From positions 1-40,080 of the IMG/VR virus record IMGVR_UViG_3300017700_000307: a stretch of DNA of 40,080 bases; one strand, given 5' to 3'. The stretch comes from a virus (lineage: Duplodnaviria > Caudoviricetes). Below are positions 9,329 through 18,317 of the stretch, one piece after another; the first letter of the stretch is position 1; each line of letters begins with the position of its first letter. The translations under genes were made by a program, and so were the position numbers. The notes under the pieces are model-generated. The model did no database searches. It had not been told where the DNA came from and was given only the letters and a program-made list of their open reading frames with translations.

Positions 9329-9670
9329 TTAAAGCTGCACAGTCACATCATGGCCCACAAAGCGATGGCAAAGCGTCACCTTGCAGCCCTTTAGCTTCTT
9401 ATGATGGCGGCGTAGATGCGACTTAAACGCCTTGAAGCTGCGGCATGGAGCGTGACTGGATCCGCCTTTCTTGAACTCTCGACTGATGTAACTGTTCGAC
9501 GCCCCATTACGACGGCTTGGCTCGGTATATGTTTCATCAGAGGTATACCACTTATGGCGGGCATAGCACCATGTCATAAACGTGTCGGGATGGCGTACGT
9601 GGATACCCAAGCCAAGCCGACCCAGCACGCGCGTCTTTGCGGGTGCCTCAAACTCATAATTGAAATCCAT
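9329..9670 (-). CDS. Hypothetical basic protein (possible moron)
   Basis: 113 aa, H/K/R-rich; GGAG RBS. Confidence 0.5.
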   Translation of the reverse strand: MDFNYEFEAPAKTRVLGRLGLGIHVRHPDTFMTWCYARHKWYTSDETYTEPSRRNGASNSYISREFKKGGSSHAPCRSFKAFKSHLRRHHKKLKGCKVTLCHRFVGHDVTVQL

Positions 9671-9690
9671 GTCATGCTCTCCACAAGCAG

Positions 9691-10038
9691 CTAGCGGATA
9701 TTGGAAATCTTCTCCGCGTGCGCCCGATCATTAGCACGAATACGCCCCGTTTCAATAACAGTTTGTACCTTGCGCTCTATCTCGCGTGCAATGCGGTCCG
9801 CCATGCCTAGAGCCTGGAGGCCGGCAGTGTCACCGGGGGTAAGTTGACCTACCTTCTCGAAGTAGTCGCGGCGCAACGACGCGATCATGTCATAGATCCC
9901 GCCTTCCTCTGTCGCGAAAGACTCCCATCGCTGCCCGCGTGCTACGGCGTCTGTGCCGTTCTGGATGCGGGGGAGGGGGCGCTCTACGCGGGGGACGTAG
10001 CCGAATTGGGCTAGGATGCGGTCAAGCCACGTCGTCAT
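9691..10038 (-). CDS. Hypothetical protein (head module)
   Basis: 115 aa helical ORF between portal and scaffold. Confidence 0.6.
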   Translation of the reverse strand: MTTWLDRILAQFGYVPRVERPLPRIQNGTDAVARGQRWESFATEEGGIYDMIASLRRDYFEKVGQLTPGDTAGLQALGMADRIAREIERKVQTVIETGRIRANDRAHAEKISNIR

Positions 10039-10201
10039 TCAACTCTTCCGCGCTGGTGTTGAGGGCTTGGTCGATGATGTGGCGGAGTTCGGTTAGGCGT
10101 TCCCGCGTATAACTGAAAAATTCTTCGTTGATTGACACGCCGAATATATCCGCGCCGCAAACCTTCACAGCGCTTCCGTCACTGGTTTCATACGTAATCA
10201 T
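10022..10201 (-). CDS. Small hypothetical protein (59 aa, MITYETSDG...)
   Basis: Read by hand; ATG overlaps portal stop. Confidence 0.45.
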   Translation of the reverse strand: MITYETSDGSAVKVCGADIFGVSINEEFFSYTRERLTELRHIIDQALNTSAEELNDDVA

Positions 10202-12372
10202 TCCGAAAGACTCCCACCTTCGCGATTAACCCCAAGATCATCACCCTGCGACGTTGCTCCGACACGCGCCGCATAAGCCTTGACCTCCGCTTCCTTGTCG
10301 ATGCGGTAGATGGCAATCTGCGCCTCTGCGTCGGCTTTGTCACGCGCTAGTTGTGCTTCGAGTGCAGCCTTCTCACGCGCCTGCTCCATATCCATTGCAT
10401 GCTTCTCACGCATGGCCTGAACGTTGGCCTCGTTGTTCGCCTGCGTGATCTGAAGCTGCGCCGCGGCCTTCTGCTGCTCCATGTCGATCTGCTGCTGAGC
10501 GCGCTGCTGTTCGGCTTGGAATTTGGCATCCTCCCGCGCCTGCTCTGCCTTTGCGGCCTCCATCTCAGGATCCGGTTTCTCAGCCTCAACCTTCGGCTGC
10601 CCGGTCGCAGGGTCAATCTCGGGCGGCGCGTCTGGATCCTTCCAAAAGTCCGGCCCCTTGCCAATCCCCAGATCGCGCACCAGCCCATCAATGAAGTTGA
10701 ACCGCTGCTTTGGCGACACCTCACCAATCTGCGTGCCTTCAGCGAGGATAGGGACCATCGCCATACGGGCCTGTACGCGCCGATCCTTATTGCCAGTGCC
10801 CAATCCCACCCGGATAGCCAGATTAACGTCCTCAGGCCACTGCGACGGGTCCACCTGCTTGTACTGCCCATCCACCTTGATCTTGAACGGATCGCCCTCA
10901 CGTCGCATCAGGCGATACTTCTTCGCCATCAGCCGCGAGAACGCCTCAGCGAAGTTGCGCGCGATAAACTCTTCCTGCTGCTGCCCCTGCGCCTGCATCA
11001 TGGCAGTGCCGGTCGCGGTTTTATTTAGCGCGTCTGCGTCCAAACCCTGATTCAAACGCGTGATGCCAGTGCGGCTCTCACGTTCGCCGGTCATCCACTC
11101 CATCACCGTCAGCGACTTACCGGCGTCGAAGTCAGTACGATATGGCACGATCTGACTGGCATCGTCGGCACGGATAGGCCCGATACCCGACAGCAAATCG
11201 TCAATCGTGTTCTCGTTCATGCCACGCGAACCAAGGACAGGCCGCACATTATTCGACTGGTGCATGCCATCGAACAACTGACGCGCCACGAACGAACGCC
11301 CGAGCTGGATGTCCATCACCTTGTCCGCGAGCGAATAGCCTACCAAGCGGTGAGGACGCGGGAACGGGCAGAACACCGAGAAAGGCTGCTCATCGACAAC
11401 TTCAATGGCATCCTCGCCATCAGCCCAACGCAGGATTTCGTTCTCAACGCGGAACACCTTGACGCGTTCGGCAATACCATCGCCGTCAAGATCAATGCGG
11501 GCATATTCCTCGCGCAACTCGACCATCTGCAAAGCAGGCGTGCTTTCGGGGTCGGGCTCGTAATAGTCATCATCACGATCACGCGGCAGTGACGAATAGG
11601 TCGGCACGGCATAAGCCTGCTCGCGGTCGAACCCCATGTCCACCAGATCGGAGCGCGTCTTGACCGCAATATGCGCCAGATAATCCGACTCATCCTCATG
11701 ACGTGCGCGTGCCGAGTAGCGGAATTCCTCAGCGGGAATCGTTTCATCAACGAAACGCTTTACCTTCGTTTCGGTCTTCAGCGACAGCGTGTAAGTGCCA
11801 TCCGGGTTTTGCTCAGCGTCCTCAACCTCGCCCTGGAAACCTTCAAGCTCCACCGGATCCGAGATGGTCACACGCTCGCGCATCACGCGCTCTTCGTCCA
11901 CCATCGTAGTCTTGGTGACGCCGTACTTCTCCAGCAGCCCGCACGTCAGCCAGTCATGCAGCACCCGGTAGCCGTCCTGCTGCCGCATGAAACTGTAGCC
12001 CACCGCCGACGTAGCTTCATCAGCCGCGGCCTCGTCAGCCTCATCGGTCGCCTCGAATTCTACGATACGATCGCCACTGACGAACGTACGCAGCACCGAC
12101 GGCACCATGTAATCAATCGTCTCTTGCACGTCGGGAAGCACGATCTGGCTGCGGCCATCAACCTCGTTGCCGAACGGCTTTGCCTCGTAGTACCGGCGTG
12201 CTGCTTCCTGAAAACCACGCAGGCGGTCCCACTCACTTTCCGCCGACTCAGCCTCACGACGCAGGGCATCGACCAGTTCGTCAATGTCGATGCGCGGGGC
12301 GTCGTCGTTGGCTGGGGTGTCAGCGTCCAGGGCCGCGAGTTCGGGATCAATGATGATGGGAGCGGTGGCCAT
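10198..12372 (-). CDS. Portal protein (P22-like size, coiled-coil C-terminus)
   Basis: 724 aa after terminase; YYEAKPFGNEVDGRSQ.V, TGITRLNQG and LNKTATG motifs. Confidence 0.88.
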   Translation of the reverse strand: MATAPIIIDPELAALDADTPANDDAPRIDIDELVDALRREAESAESEWDRLRGFQEAARRYYEAKPFGNEVDGRSQIVLPDVQETIDYMVPSVLRTFVSGDRIVEFEATDEADEAAADEATSAVGYSFMRQQDGYRVLHDWLTCGLLEKYGVTKTTMVDEERVMRERVTISDPVELEGFQGEVEDAEQNPDGTYTLSLKTETKVKRFVDETIPAEEFRYSARARHEDESDYLAHIAVKTRSDLVDMGFDREQAYAVPTYSSLPRDRDDDYYEPDPESTPALQMVELREEYARIDLDGDGIAERVKVFRVENEILRWADGEDAIEVVDEQPFSVFCPFPRPHRLVGYSLADKVMDIQLGRSFVARQLFDGMHQSNNVRPVLGSRGMNENTIDDLLSGIGPIRADDASQIVPYRTDFDAGKSLTVMEWMTGERESRTGITRLNQGLDADALNKTATGTAMMQAQGQQQEEFIARNFAEAFSRLMAKKYRLMRREGDPFKIKVDGQYKQVDPSQWPEDVNLAIRVGLGTGNKDRRVQARMAMVPILAEGTQIGEVSPKQRFNFIDGLVRDLGIGKGPDFWKDPDAPPEIDPATGQPKVEAEKPDPEMEAAKAEQAREDAKFQAEQQRAQQQIDMEQQKAAAQLQITQANNEANVQAMREKHAMDMEQAREKAALEAQLARDKADAEAQIAIYRIDKEAEVKAYAARVGATSQGDDLGVNREGGSLSE

Positions 12373-12539
12373 TAGCGGTTCCTAGCAATCTCAGCGACAC
12401 CAGCGGCGACAGCGCCTCGCATGGCCGATAACACGCTATCCTGCGTGTGGGCATCAAGATAGTCCAGCGCGGCATTAACAGCGGCTTTTTGCGCCTCAGT
12501 CGTTAGACCCTGTTCGGCAAAGAAAATGTCCAAATCCAT
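12372..12539 (-). CDS. Small hypothetical protein (55 aa, MDLDIFFAEQG...)
   Basis: Read by hand; coupled to terminase stop and portal start. Confidence 0.5.
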   Translation of the reverse strand: MDLDIFFAEQGLTTEAQKAAVNAALDYLDAHTQDSVLSAMRGAVAAGVAEIARNR

Positions 12540-14671
12540 CAAACAATCCCTCGCTTCAGTCGGTTAAGGTCCATTGAAACGGCCTTACGTGGTTCTTCAT
12601 AAGCAACACAACCCGTACCCCAAGCATCGCAGTTGTGGACGGTCGCGCCATTCTCTAGCGCGAACCAGTGCCCATCGTCCACTGTAATGTCCCAAACGTC
12701 CTCCCGATCAATCAGAGGCCACACGCCGACGATACGCAGCGGTTTTGCAAACTGAGGAACAGTAGATTTGAGAATGCCCAGTTTTACGCACGATTGCGTC
12801 AAAAGTGACATCACATTGCGGACACTGCTTAGGTTCTCGCTTCCACTTAGTCCAAGATTTGGAGCGCTCTGCCTGTCGCTTATGCCAAAGCCTGCCTTCT
12901 TCTGATTTATGCCAATCGGCTGCTCGCTCTCTGGCTGTGTCACTGAAGTGCTGCTTGCGATGCGCTGCGTGTTCGTCCCACGTAAGCGAGAGATGTTCCT
13001 TGGCGTCCATACATTCGAGGTTGGCGATGTTGTTGTTGAGCTTGTTGCCATCCCGATGGTGGATGTGACAGCCCTTGGGAATAGGACCGAACGCATCTTT
13101 CCAAACGTCGCGATGCAGCCGCTTGCCGCCGCGAGCAAGATACTGCTCACTCGGCCACATGCGGTATAGCCCACCATCGAAATACGCCGTGAGAGGGTCA
13201 AGGACGATTGGATTGTTGAACCCTTCTCTAGGGACAGTGCGGATCTCCACCCGCTCGCCCCGTAGAACATATGATCCGGCGTGCATCTCACCGAATACCC
13301 GCCGCTGAACACAACCTCCACAAGTTGGGCATTCCGCTGTGTAATCCGTGGGCTGTGATACTGCTTCCAACCACATGGGGTCATTACCTCTCCAGTTTCA
13401 GGGAGGCTATCTATCCGATACATTCCGTAACGCGTCAAGACCCTAGTATCGGCAGTGAAGCATGAATGGCTCGACCAATCATGGTTAGGCCCAAGACCTA
13501 TACCGCGCTGGTCGTCACGCTTCTCATGATACCAGCCGAGCGCCTTCAACCCGCCTGCACACTTCACCTCATCGAAGCGCATGCGGGAGAACAACTGGCG
13601 GCCACGCTCCACACGCTGCATAGCCGCACCCTTGCCTTGGTTCGGTACAACCTCCACCGAATAGCCGGCGTCCTCCAGGGCGCGCCGGTAGGACGTATCA
13701 AACACCTTTTCCTGCGTGTCGCCGTCGTGAGGTAGCCAGATCTTGCACTGGTCCTTGGTGTAGCCCTGCGACCGCATCCAGGCGAGATGGGCGCTAACCG
13801 GCTGGCCTTGGCTCTCGTAGTGGTTCGTCCACCGAATCTCCGTGCCGACGAACTGCGCGGCCCAGAACACGAAGTTATCCGCCTTGGCACCAGTGCCACC
13901 AATGTCTGCGAACAGTCGAACGATAAGGTTCGGATCCTCCGCAACCATGCCAATGCGGTTTTCCTCACGCGCCTTCGTCAGATGTGTAGCGTAATACGCA
14001 CCCTCGACCACGCGGATGAAGTCGCCCTCCCAGATATGATCGTATAGGTGCGGTCGCTCTTCTTTGTCGCGCAGGCGAACGCGGTCCAGGATGTCGGGGA
14101 ACCACGCGTTGTCGCGGTAATTGAGTTCCACGATCTTGACGCGTGGATCGGCATTGTCACGGAAGCGCTTGTTGGTCGCGCTCTCTTCACGCTCAGGGTT
14201 CCACGTTACCCACAGCTCAGAGTCTTCCTCGCGCAACGTCGGAATAAGCTTTGTCCAAGCCTCATCCGATACAGTCTCAGCCTCGTCCACCCAACACAAC
14301 AGAATACGCGCCTTGGACTTCACACTGTCAATGTTGCGATCAAGACCGGTAAAAGAGTAGTTAATCCGACCATCCTTGGTGCGGATATACTTCTCGCCAA
14401 TGTCGAAGTGCGGAACCAGCCAATCCGTCTCACGGATCGCGGCCTTGATTTCTTCCAGCGATGAATCCGCCAGAGAGTTCATAAATACACGGCCACAAAG
14501 GATAATTCCCTCGCGACCGGCTTTAGACCACATCAATGCACGAACCGCTGACATCTTGGCGAAAGTGCGGGTCTTACCCGAACCGCGTCCGCCATGCGAG
14601 CCTCTAACATCAGCTTCACCAGAGAACACCGGCACAAGCTTGGCGGGCATCTGGATTTGCACAGTACTCAC
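12539..14671 (-). CDS. terL: Terminase large subunit, intein-containing (433 aa after splicing)
   Basis: Walker A GGRGSGKT, Walker B WVDEAE, TWNP coupling motif; nuclease motifs ADIG and HDWSSHS/CDA. Confidence 0.93.
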   Translation of the reverse strand: MSTVQIQMPAKLVPVFSGEADVRGSHGGRGSGKTRTFAKMSAVRALMWSKAGREGIILCGRVFMNSLADSSLEEIKAAIRETDWLVPHFDIGEKYIRTKDGRINYSFTGLDRNIDSVKSKARILLCWVDEAETVSDEAWTKLIPTLREEDSELWVTWNPEREESATNKRFRDNADPRVKIVELNYRDNAWFPDILDRVRLRDKEERPHLYDHIWEGDFIRVVEGAYYATHLTKAREENRIGMVAEDPNLIVRLFADIGGTGAKADNFVFWAAQFVGTEIRWTNHYESQGQPVSAHLAWMRSQGYTKDQCKIWLPHDGDTQEKVFDTSYRRALEDAGYSVEVVPNQGKGAAMQRVERGRQLFSRMRFDEVKCAGGLKALGWYHEKRDDQRGIGLGPNHDWSSHSCFTADTRVLTRYGMYRIDSLPETGEVMTPCGWKQYHSPRITQRNAQLVEVVFSGGYSVRCTPDHMFYGASGWRSALSLEKGSTIQSSLTLSRRISMVGYTACGRVSSILLAAASGCIATFGKMRSVLFPRAVTSTIGMATSSTTTSPTSNVWTPRNISRLRGTNTQRIASSTSVTQPESEQPIGINQKKAGFGISDRQSAPNLGLSGSENLSSVRNVMSLLTQSCVKLGILKSTVPQFAKPLRIVGVWPLIDREDVWDITVDDGHWFALENGATVHNCDAWGTGCVAYEEPRKAVSMDLNRLKRGIV
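12632..13462 (-). mobile_element. Intein (277 aa) in terminase nuclease domain
   Basis: Block A CFTADTRV (Cys1 at 13462), block B CTPDH, block F VWDITV, block G VHN followed by extein Cys+1. Confidence 0.93.
12708..13376 (-). CDS. HNH homing endonuclease with C-terminal zinc finger, nested out of frame within the intein (start ATG 13376 or GTG 13250)
   Basis: LHRDVW...GPIPKGCHIHHRDGNKLNNNIANL...H; CPQC...YCSSVC; frame differs from terL. Confidence 0.85.
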   Translation of the reverse strand: MWLEAVSQPTDYTAECPTCGGCVQRRVFGEMHAGSYVLRGERVEIRTVPREGFNNPIVLDPLTAYFDGGLYRMWPSEQYLARGGKRLHRDVWKDAFGPIPKGCHIHHRDGNKLNNNIANLECMDAKEHLSLTWDEHAAHRKQHFSDTARERAADWHKSEEGRLWHKRQAERSKSWTKWKREPKQCPQCDVTFDAIVRKTGHSQIYCSSVCKTAAYRRRVASD

Positions 14672-14970
14672 TCGGGTTCTACTGCGACCAACTCAATCTT
14701 GGCGATCTGAATAGCGCCGCCATCCTCGCCAGTGATCTGCATTGGCAAGACTTTACCCAGCAATGACATAAACGGCCCAGGGTTCTTCTCTGCCTGATCT
14801 GTCAGATACTGCACCATGCCACCCTCCCCGCCTGCCTTATGTGCAGCGAGAAGAATGGCATCTTTGAGTAGCGCTGTAGTCTTATTGGGGACGCCCTTAG
14901 GACGGCCCTTACCGGCATTGGTAAGGTTCTCTATTGTGCCTCTATTTTGCTGGTTCTCCATCCCCCTCAT
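14668..14970 (-). CDS. terS: Terminase small subunit (putative)
   Basis: 100 aa; GKGRPKGVPNKTT motif; C-terminal ITGEDGG; overlaps terL start. Confidence 0.75.
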   Translation of the reverse strand: MRGMENQQNRGTIENLTNAGKGRPKGVPNKTTALLKDAILLAAHKAGGEGGMVQYLTDQAEKNPGPFMSLLGKVLPMQITGEDGGAIQIAKIELVAVEPE

Positions 14971-15126
14971 CTAACCCCTATCGCGCGCAGGAGCAAGTGC
15001 CGGCAAGCAGCCTGTAGAAACCATTAAGCAGTAGACCATGCCGACAGGCGAATCGACGACAAATGCGGCTGGGGACGCCATCAGGTGCACAAACCCGAGC
15101 CACCACACCTTTTTATGAAGCGTCAT
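14971..15126 (-). CDS. Small hydrophobic hypothetical protein
   Basis: ATG 15126 overlaps upstream stop (ATGA). Confidence 0.4.
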   Translation of the reverse strand: MTLHKKVWWLGFVHLMASPAAFVVDSPVGMVYCLMVSTGCLPALAPARDRG

Positions 15127-15347
15127 GCGGAGGTAGCCGGGGGAGAGCGATATGCCGCGACAACGCCATCCTCGTAGCGATGCTCGTGCGCGACCTGCTC
15201 CCACATGTCCCAGCCCTCGTTGAACTGGAAATATGCGAATGGCTCGTTGGCCGACTTCTGCTGGCCTGCCCGTTGCGGCGCACAAAGATCGGGCCCTGAG
15301 TTAATCGCGCCCGCCGACTGCGAGTCTAATTCCTGAAGTCTCATCAT
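15123..15347 (-). CDS. Hypothetical protein
   Basis: Start re-assigned to ATG after GGAGAAGG RBS. Confidence 0.5.
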   Translation of the reverse strand: MMRLQELDSQSAGAINSGPDLCAPQRAGQQKSANEPFAYFQFNEGWDMWEQVAHEHRYEDGVVAAYRSPPATSA

Positions 15348-15390
15348 CCTTCTCCAATCTGCGATGTGTTGCGGGCGGGGGTGGGGGCAG

Positions 15391-15924
15391 TCATGCGGCG
15401 AGCGCCTTGGGCAACTCGTCTTTGTGCAGCGTCTTTTTGAAGCCGACATTGCCAGCGACATGGAAGACAACGACGCCCTCGGGGTTCATGAAACCGGGCG
15501 CTGCAACACTGCCACCCATTCGAAGATCAGAGAGCGCGTCTTCCACGCAGGCTGTATCGAATGGGCCCTGGTAGAGGACAGGAACGACACCGCAGCATGC
15601 AGGGCGCTCGACCGACCAGCGCGCCGTATTGAACAGGGAGAAGCGCTTCTCGGTCAGCCCGTATCGGCGCTGAATGCCCGCCCCCCACCATTCGCCGAAA
15701 TGCGAGCCGGGGCCGAGTTCGCGCAGTTCGTCAGCGTGGTCGCGAACCCAAGCGGCGAACCCGTAGTTGTCAGACTCCGGCGTGATCCAGCGGGTGCGCG
15801 AACCGGCGAGTACCTGCCCATCCTCAGTAATGCAGACCTGAGCGTTCGTGCCGTCGATCTTCTCGGTGACGATCACCTCACGCGACAGACGGGCCATTTT
15901 CGGAAACGGCGTAAACTCACTCAT
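15391..15924 (-). CDS. Minimal RNA-ligase-like nucleotidyltransferase (177 aa)
   Basis: Motif I TEKIDGTN, Ia SRTR, III FGEW, IIIa FSLFN, IV EGVVV, V FKK. Confidence 0.8.
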   Translation of the reverse strand: MSEFTPFPKMARLSREVIVTEKIDGTNAQVCITEDGQVLAGSRTRWITPESDNYGFAAWVRDHADELRELGPGSHFGEWWGAGIQRRYGLTEKRFSLFNTARWSVERPACCGVVPVLYQGPFDTACVEDALSDLRMGGSVAAPGFMNPEGVVVFHVAGNVGFKKTLHKDELPKALAA

Positions 15925-16151
15925 CTTCCTGCTCCTTCATTCGTAACGGGGGACATAACCTGCCCAATAATATCGAAAGGAGTGCGGGCATAATATTTGA
16001 CAACATCAACCCCGCCTTCTTTGTTGTTCCAAAGCGCTAATGCCCAGCCTGAAGGTAAGCCACCCATAAACCTCAAAAGGCTTTGCGCGGAATATCGGGC
16101 TAAATCCTCAGTGGGATGACTGCTGACGATTTCATAATTTTGTGGCATCAC
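15921..16151 (-). CDS. Hypothetical protein
   Basis: Coupled small ORF (MPQNYEIV...). Confidence 0.45.
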   Translation of the reverse strand: MMPQNYEIVSSHPTEDLARYSAQSLLRFMGGLPSGWALALWNNKEGGVDVVKYYARTPFDIIGQVMSPVTNEGAGR

Positions 16152-16336
16152 CCGCACTCGGATTCGAATTGGGCGTGGTTCTCTTGGTTCAACTGCTCAA
16201 TCAAGCCATCAGTAGCATTACGCAAATCCCAATATGCATCGCGCCACAGCTTCACTCTCGCAAGCTGGCAACCGATACAGCCGCAAAGCAGGATGATAAC
16301 CGTCAATAAGACTATCACAGTTCCCACCTCACTCAC
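16148..16336 (-). CDS. Small membrane protein
   Basis: One hydrophobic segment VIVLLTVIILLCGCIG; GTG start inferred. Confidence 0.45.
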   Translation of the reverse strand: MSEVGTVIVLLTVIILLCGCIGCQLARVKLWRDAYWDLRNATDGLIEQLNQENHAQFESECG

Positions 16337-16868
16337 CCCTTTCCAGAGCGCGCCCGCGTTTGATGGCGGTCCTGGCAGTTTGCACATAAAACCCAAGATC
16401 GTGTTCACCGTTCATGGTCGCTTCTTTCTGGGTAGGGTACACCCCTTCAGCTACGATCTTCCGAGCCTCCAACAGATCCCCATCCACCGGCTCCGGCAGT
16501 TCAGCACGCAACTCAGCAGCTTCCTTGCCAACATTCCATGCGGGCGTACCGGTTAATGATGCAGACTGAAGGTTGAGCATTGCCACACGACGAACGAAAT
16601 CCTCCATCCTCTGCTCAAGCGCGGTGCGGGTGGGGGTGGCGTAGTGAGGGTGGTTGGCGGGGAGGCGGATCGCGATTACCGATGCCCAACCGTCGTCATT
16701 GTCCGTAATATCAGACTCCCTCCACATGCAGCCTGGACCGAACCAACCTTTTCCTTTTCGCTCATAGCCAAGATTGCCGCGATACCCGAACAACCACTCA
16801 GGCCGCTTACCCTCAACAGGAATTACAGCGCCCCACTCGACATTCTCATTCGTCATGCTATTCATCAC
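16329..16868 (-). CDS. Hypothetical protein
   Basis: 179 aa; AAGGAGG RBS. Confidence 0.6.
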   Translation of the reverse strand: MMNSMTNENVEWGAVIPVEGKRPEWLFGYRGNLGYERKGKGWFGPGCMWRESDITDNDDGWASVIAIRLPANHPHYATPTRTALEQRMEDFVRRVAMLNLQSASLTGTPAWNVGKEAAELRAELPEPVDGDLLEARKIVAEGVYPTQKEATMNGEHDLGFYVQTARTAIKRGRALERGE

Positions 16869-16954
16869 TCAGCGCCCTCCTTAGGCGTATACCACCGGGT
16901 TGATCGGAGCTCCACAACGATCCCCGGTGGTTGGAACATGAAGCATCTGCAACG

Positions 16955-17269
16955 TCAAGCGAACTTGGCTTTAAGGGCTTCGTATTGGCGACGTGCGTAG
17001 GCTTCGGCATTGCGCAGATTCTGCTCTGAAAGTCTTTCTCGCTTCTCTGCCTCTGCGTTGGTTTCCATACGCTCGCCGTATAGCTCAACCTCGACGGTCG
17101 TATTGCCGTATGATTCAGTCCAATCGATGTCGATTTCGAGATTGGTGTAGCCTTCAGCCTCATGTCGCTCTTTCCGTCGCAGAAGCGCAGCGATTGCTAC
17201 ATCAAGTCCGCCGTCCAATTCATCGCGAATATCCGCAATCATCAATCTTACAACCTTTGGCGTTGCCAT
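16955..17269 (-). CDS. Hypothetical protein
   Basis: 104 aa; GGAG RBS; charged C-terminal helix. Confidence 0.6.
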   Translation of the reverse strand: MATPKVVRLMIADIRDELDGGLDVAIAALLRRKERHEAEGYTNLEIDIDWTESYGNTTVEVELYGERMETNAEAEKRERLSEQNLRNAEAYARRQYEALKAKFA

Positions 17270-17320
17270 CCCACCATCTCCTTATACTCTAAAACCGCCT
17301 CACAGCCCCGTACAGCGCTA

Positions 17321-17542
17321 TTACGAGCGCGTGGCAGGGATTGTAGGGTTGAGGGCCTCCTTGGCCTTCTTGAGGCAATTTCCGAACTGATGGTCGCGAG
17401 TATACCTAGCGCGACCTTCAATATCAGAAATCGCCCATTCCAAAGCTTCGGTAAGATTGGCCAATTTCTCAGCCTGCCTGCGACGATGGGCCGCTGTGCG
17501 CTGTGTGGTGGTTTGGGGCGTGAGCTTCTGGTGCGCGCTCAT
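17321..17542 (-). CDS. Hypothetical protein
   Basis: 73 aa, coupled ATGA. Confidence 0.5.
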   Translation of the reverse strand: MSAHQKLTPQTTTQRTAAHRRRQAEKLANLTEALEWAISDIEGRARYTRDHQFGNCLKKAKEALNPTIPATRS

Positions 17543-17778
17543 GCGAGTAATCCTTGATAAGGGCGCATGTCACCGTTCGACGGCCGCGCGTTCGAGCGAA
17601 CGGGGCCAGCCTTGCGTGTGCATCGTGAACAGCGGAGAAGTTCGCTATCCGGCTCCATGGCGGCGAAATTATAGGTGTTCGCCCACGTCGCCTTGCGCTC
17701 GTTGAGGAACACGACCCGGTCGCAGCGATCGCAGCGGTTGTCGTGCGCGCTGTAGGATTTGCGGTGGCGGGCGCTCAT
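17539..17778 (-). CDS. Hypothetical zinc-finger-like protein
   Basis: 79 aa with CDRC and CSRC. Confidence 0.5.
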   Translation of the reverse strand: MSARHRKSYSAHDNRCDRCDRVVFLNERKATWANTYNFAAMEPDSELLRCSRCTRKAGPVRSNARPSNGDMRPYQGLLA

Positions 17779-18257
17779 GCTGCGTTTTCCTCAATCCAGA
17801 GGTCAATTTCGGTAATGACAATTTCGCGGGTGCGGCCATGGACAATCCGCCCATCATTCGCGTCTTCCGCGCCGTCGTAATCCGGGTGGGTCGCGCTCCA
17901 ATCGAAGTCGCGAACCGGGATCGGAGGGGGTGAGTATTTGATATGCCAGCCGCGATGATCGTCGCGCTTTTCAGACGCGTAGGCCAGCATAGCGTTGACC
18001 GCTAATTCCGAGCGGATCATCACAGATCTGCCCTCAATAACCGCGTCTGACTTTGCGCCAGAATGAGTTGCGGTTGTTGCCAGCAGGTAGGCGGCTCGTT
18101 CTCTATCGGTCACAGTGCACGTGGAGGTCACGATAGCCGCCTCGTCCTGCGCTAGGCCGTCTTCGTCATGGCGTGCGCGGGTCTTGTCTTCCGCGACGAA
18201 TTCCACGGCAGCGAACGGATCGTCCTGCGCGTTGGCGGTGGGGGTTGTAGTTTTCAT
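17775..18257 (-). CDS. Hypothetical protein
   Basis: 160 aa; GGAG RBS and upstream promoter-like sequence. Confidence 0.55.
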   Translation of the reverse strand: MKTTTPTANAQDDPFAAVEFVAEDKTRARHDEDGLAQDEAAIVTSTCTVTDRERAAYLLATTATHSGAKSDAVIEGRSVMIRSELAVNAMLAYASEKRDDHRGWHIKYSPPPIPVRDFDWSATHPDYDGAEDANDGRIVHGRTREIVITEIDLWIEENAA

Positions 18258-18288
18258 CTCAGCGGCTCCATTCGCTTGGTGTTCCGAA

Positions 18289-18317
18289 CGATTACGCCTC
18301 CCCGTTCGTCACGTCAA
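18289..18317 (-). promoter_or_regulatory. Sigma70-like promoter
   Basis: TTGACG-N17-TAATCG; overlapped by CGAACG...CGTTCG inverted repeat. Confidence 0.45.

Noticed and set aside
10347-12375. Long alternative-frame and antisense ORFs over the portal (10347..10901, 10351..11028, 10523..11050, 11671..12375)
   Set aside because: No motifs or RBS; expected shadows of a GC-rich, biased-codon gene, unlike the nested HNH, which has a full catalytic motif
12632-13462. Group I intron as the explanation of the terL insertion
   Set aside because: The insertion is in frame and bounded by complete protein-splicing motifs; no intron core is recognisable
15364-15993. 209-aa plus-strand ORF
   Set aside because: Antisense shadow of the RNA-ligase-like gene
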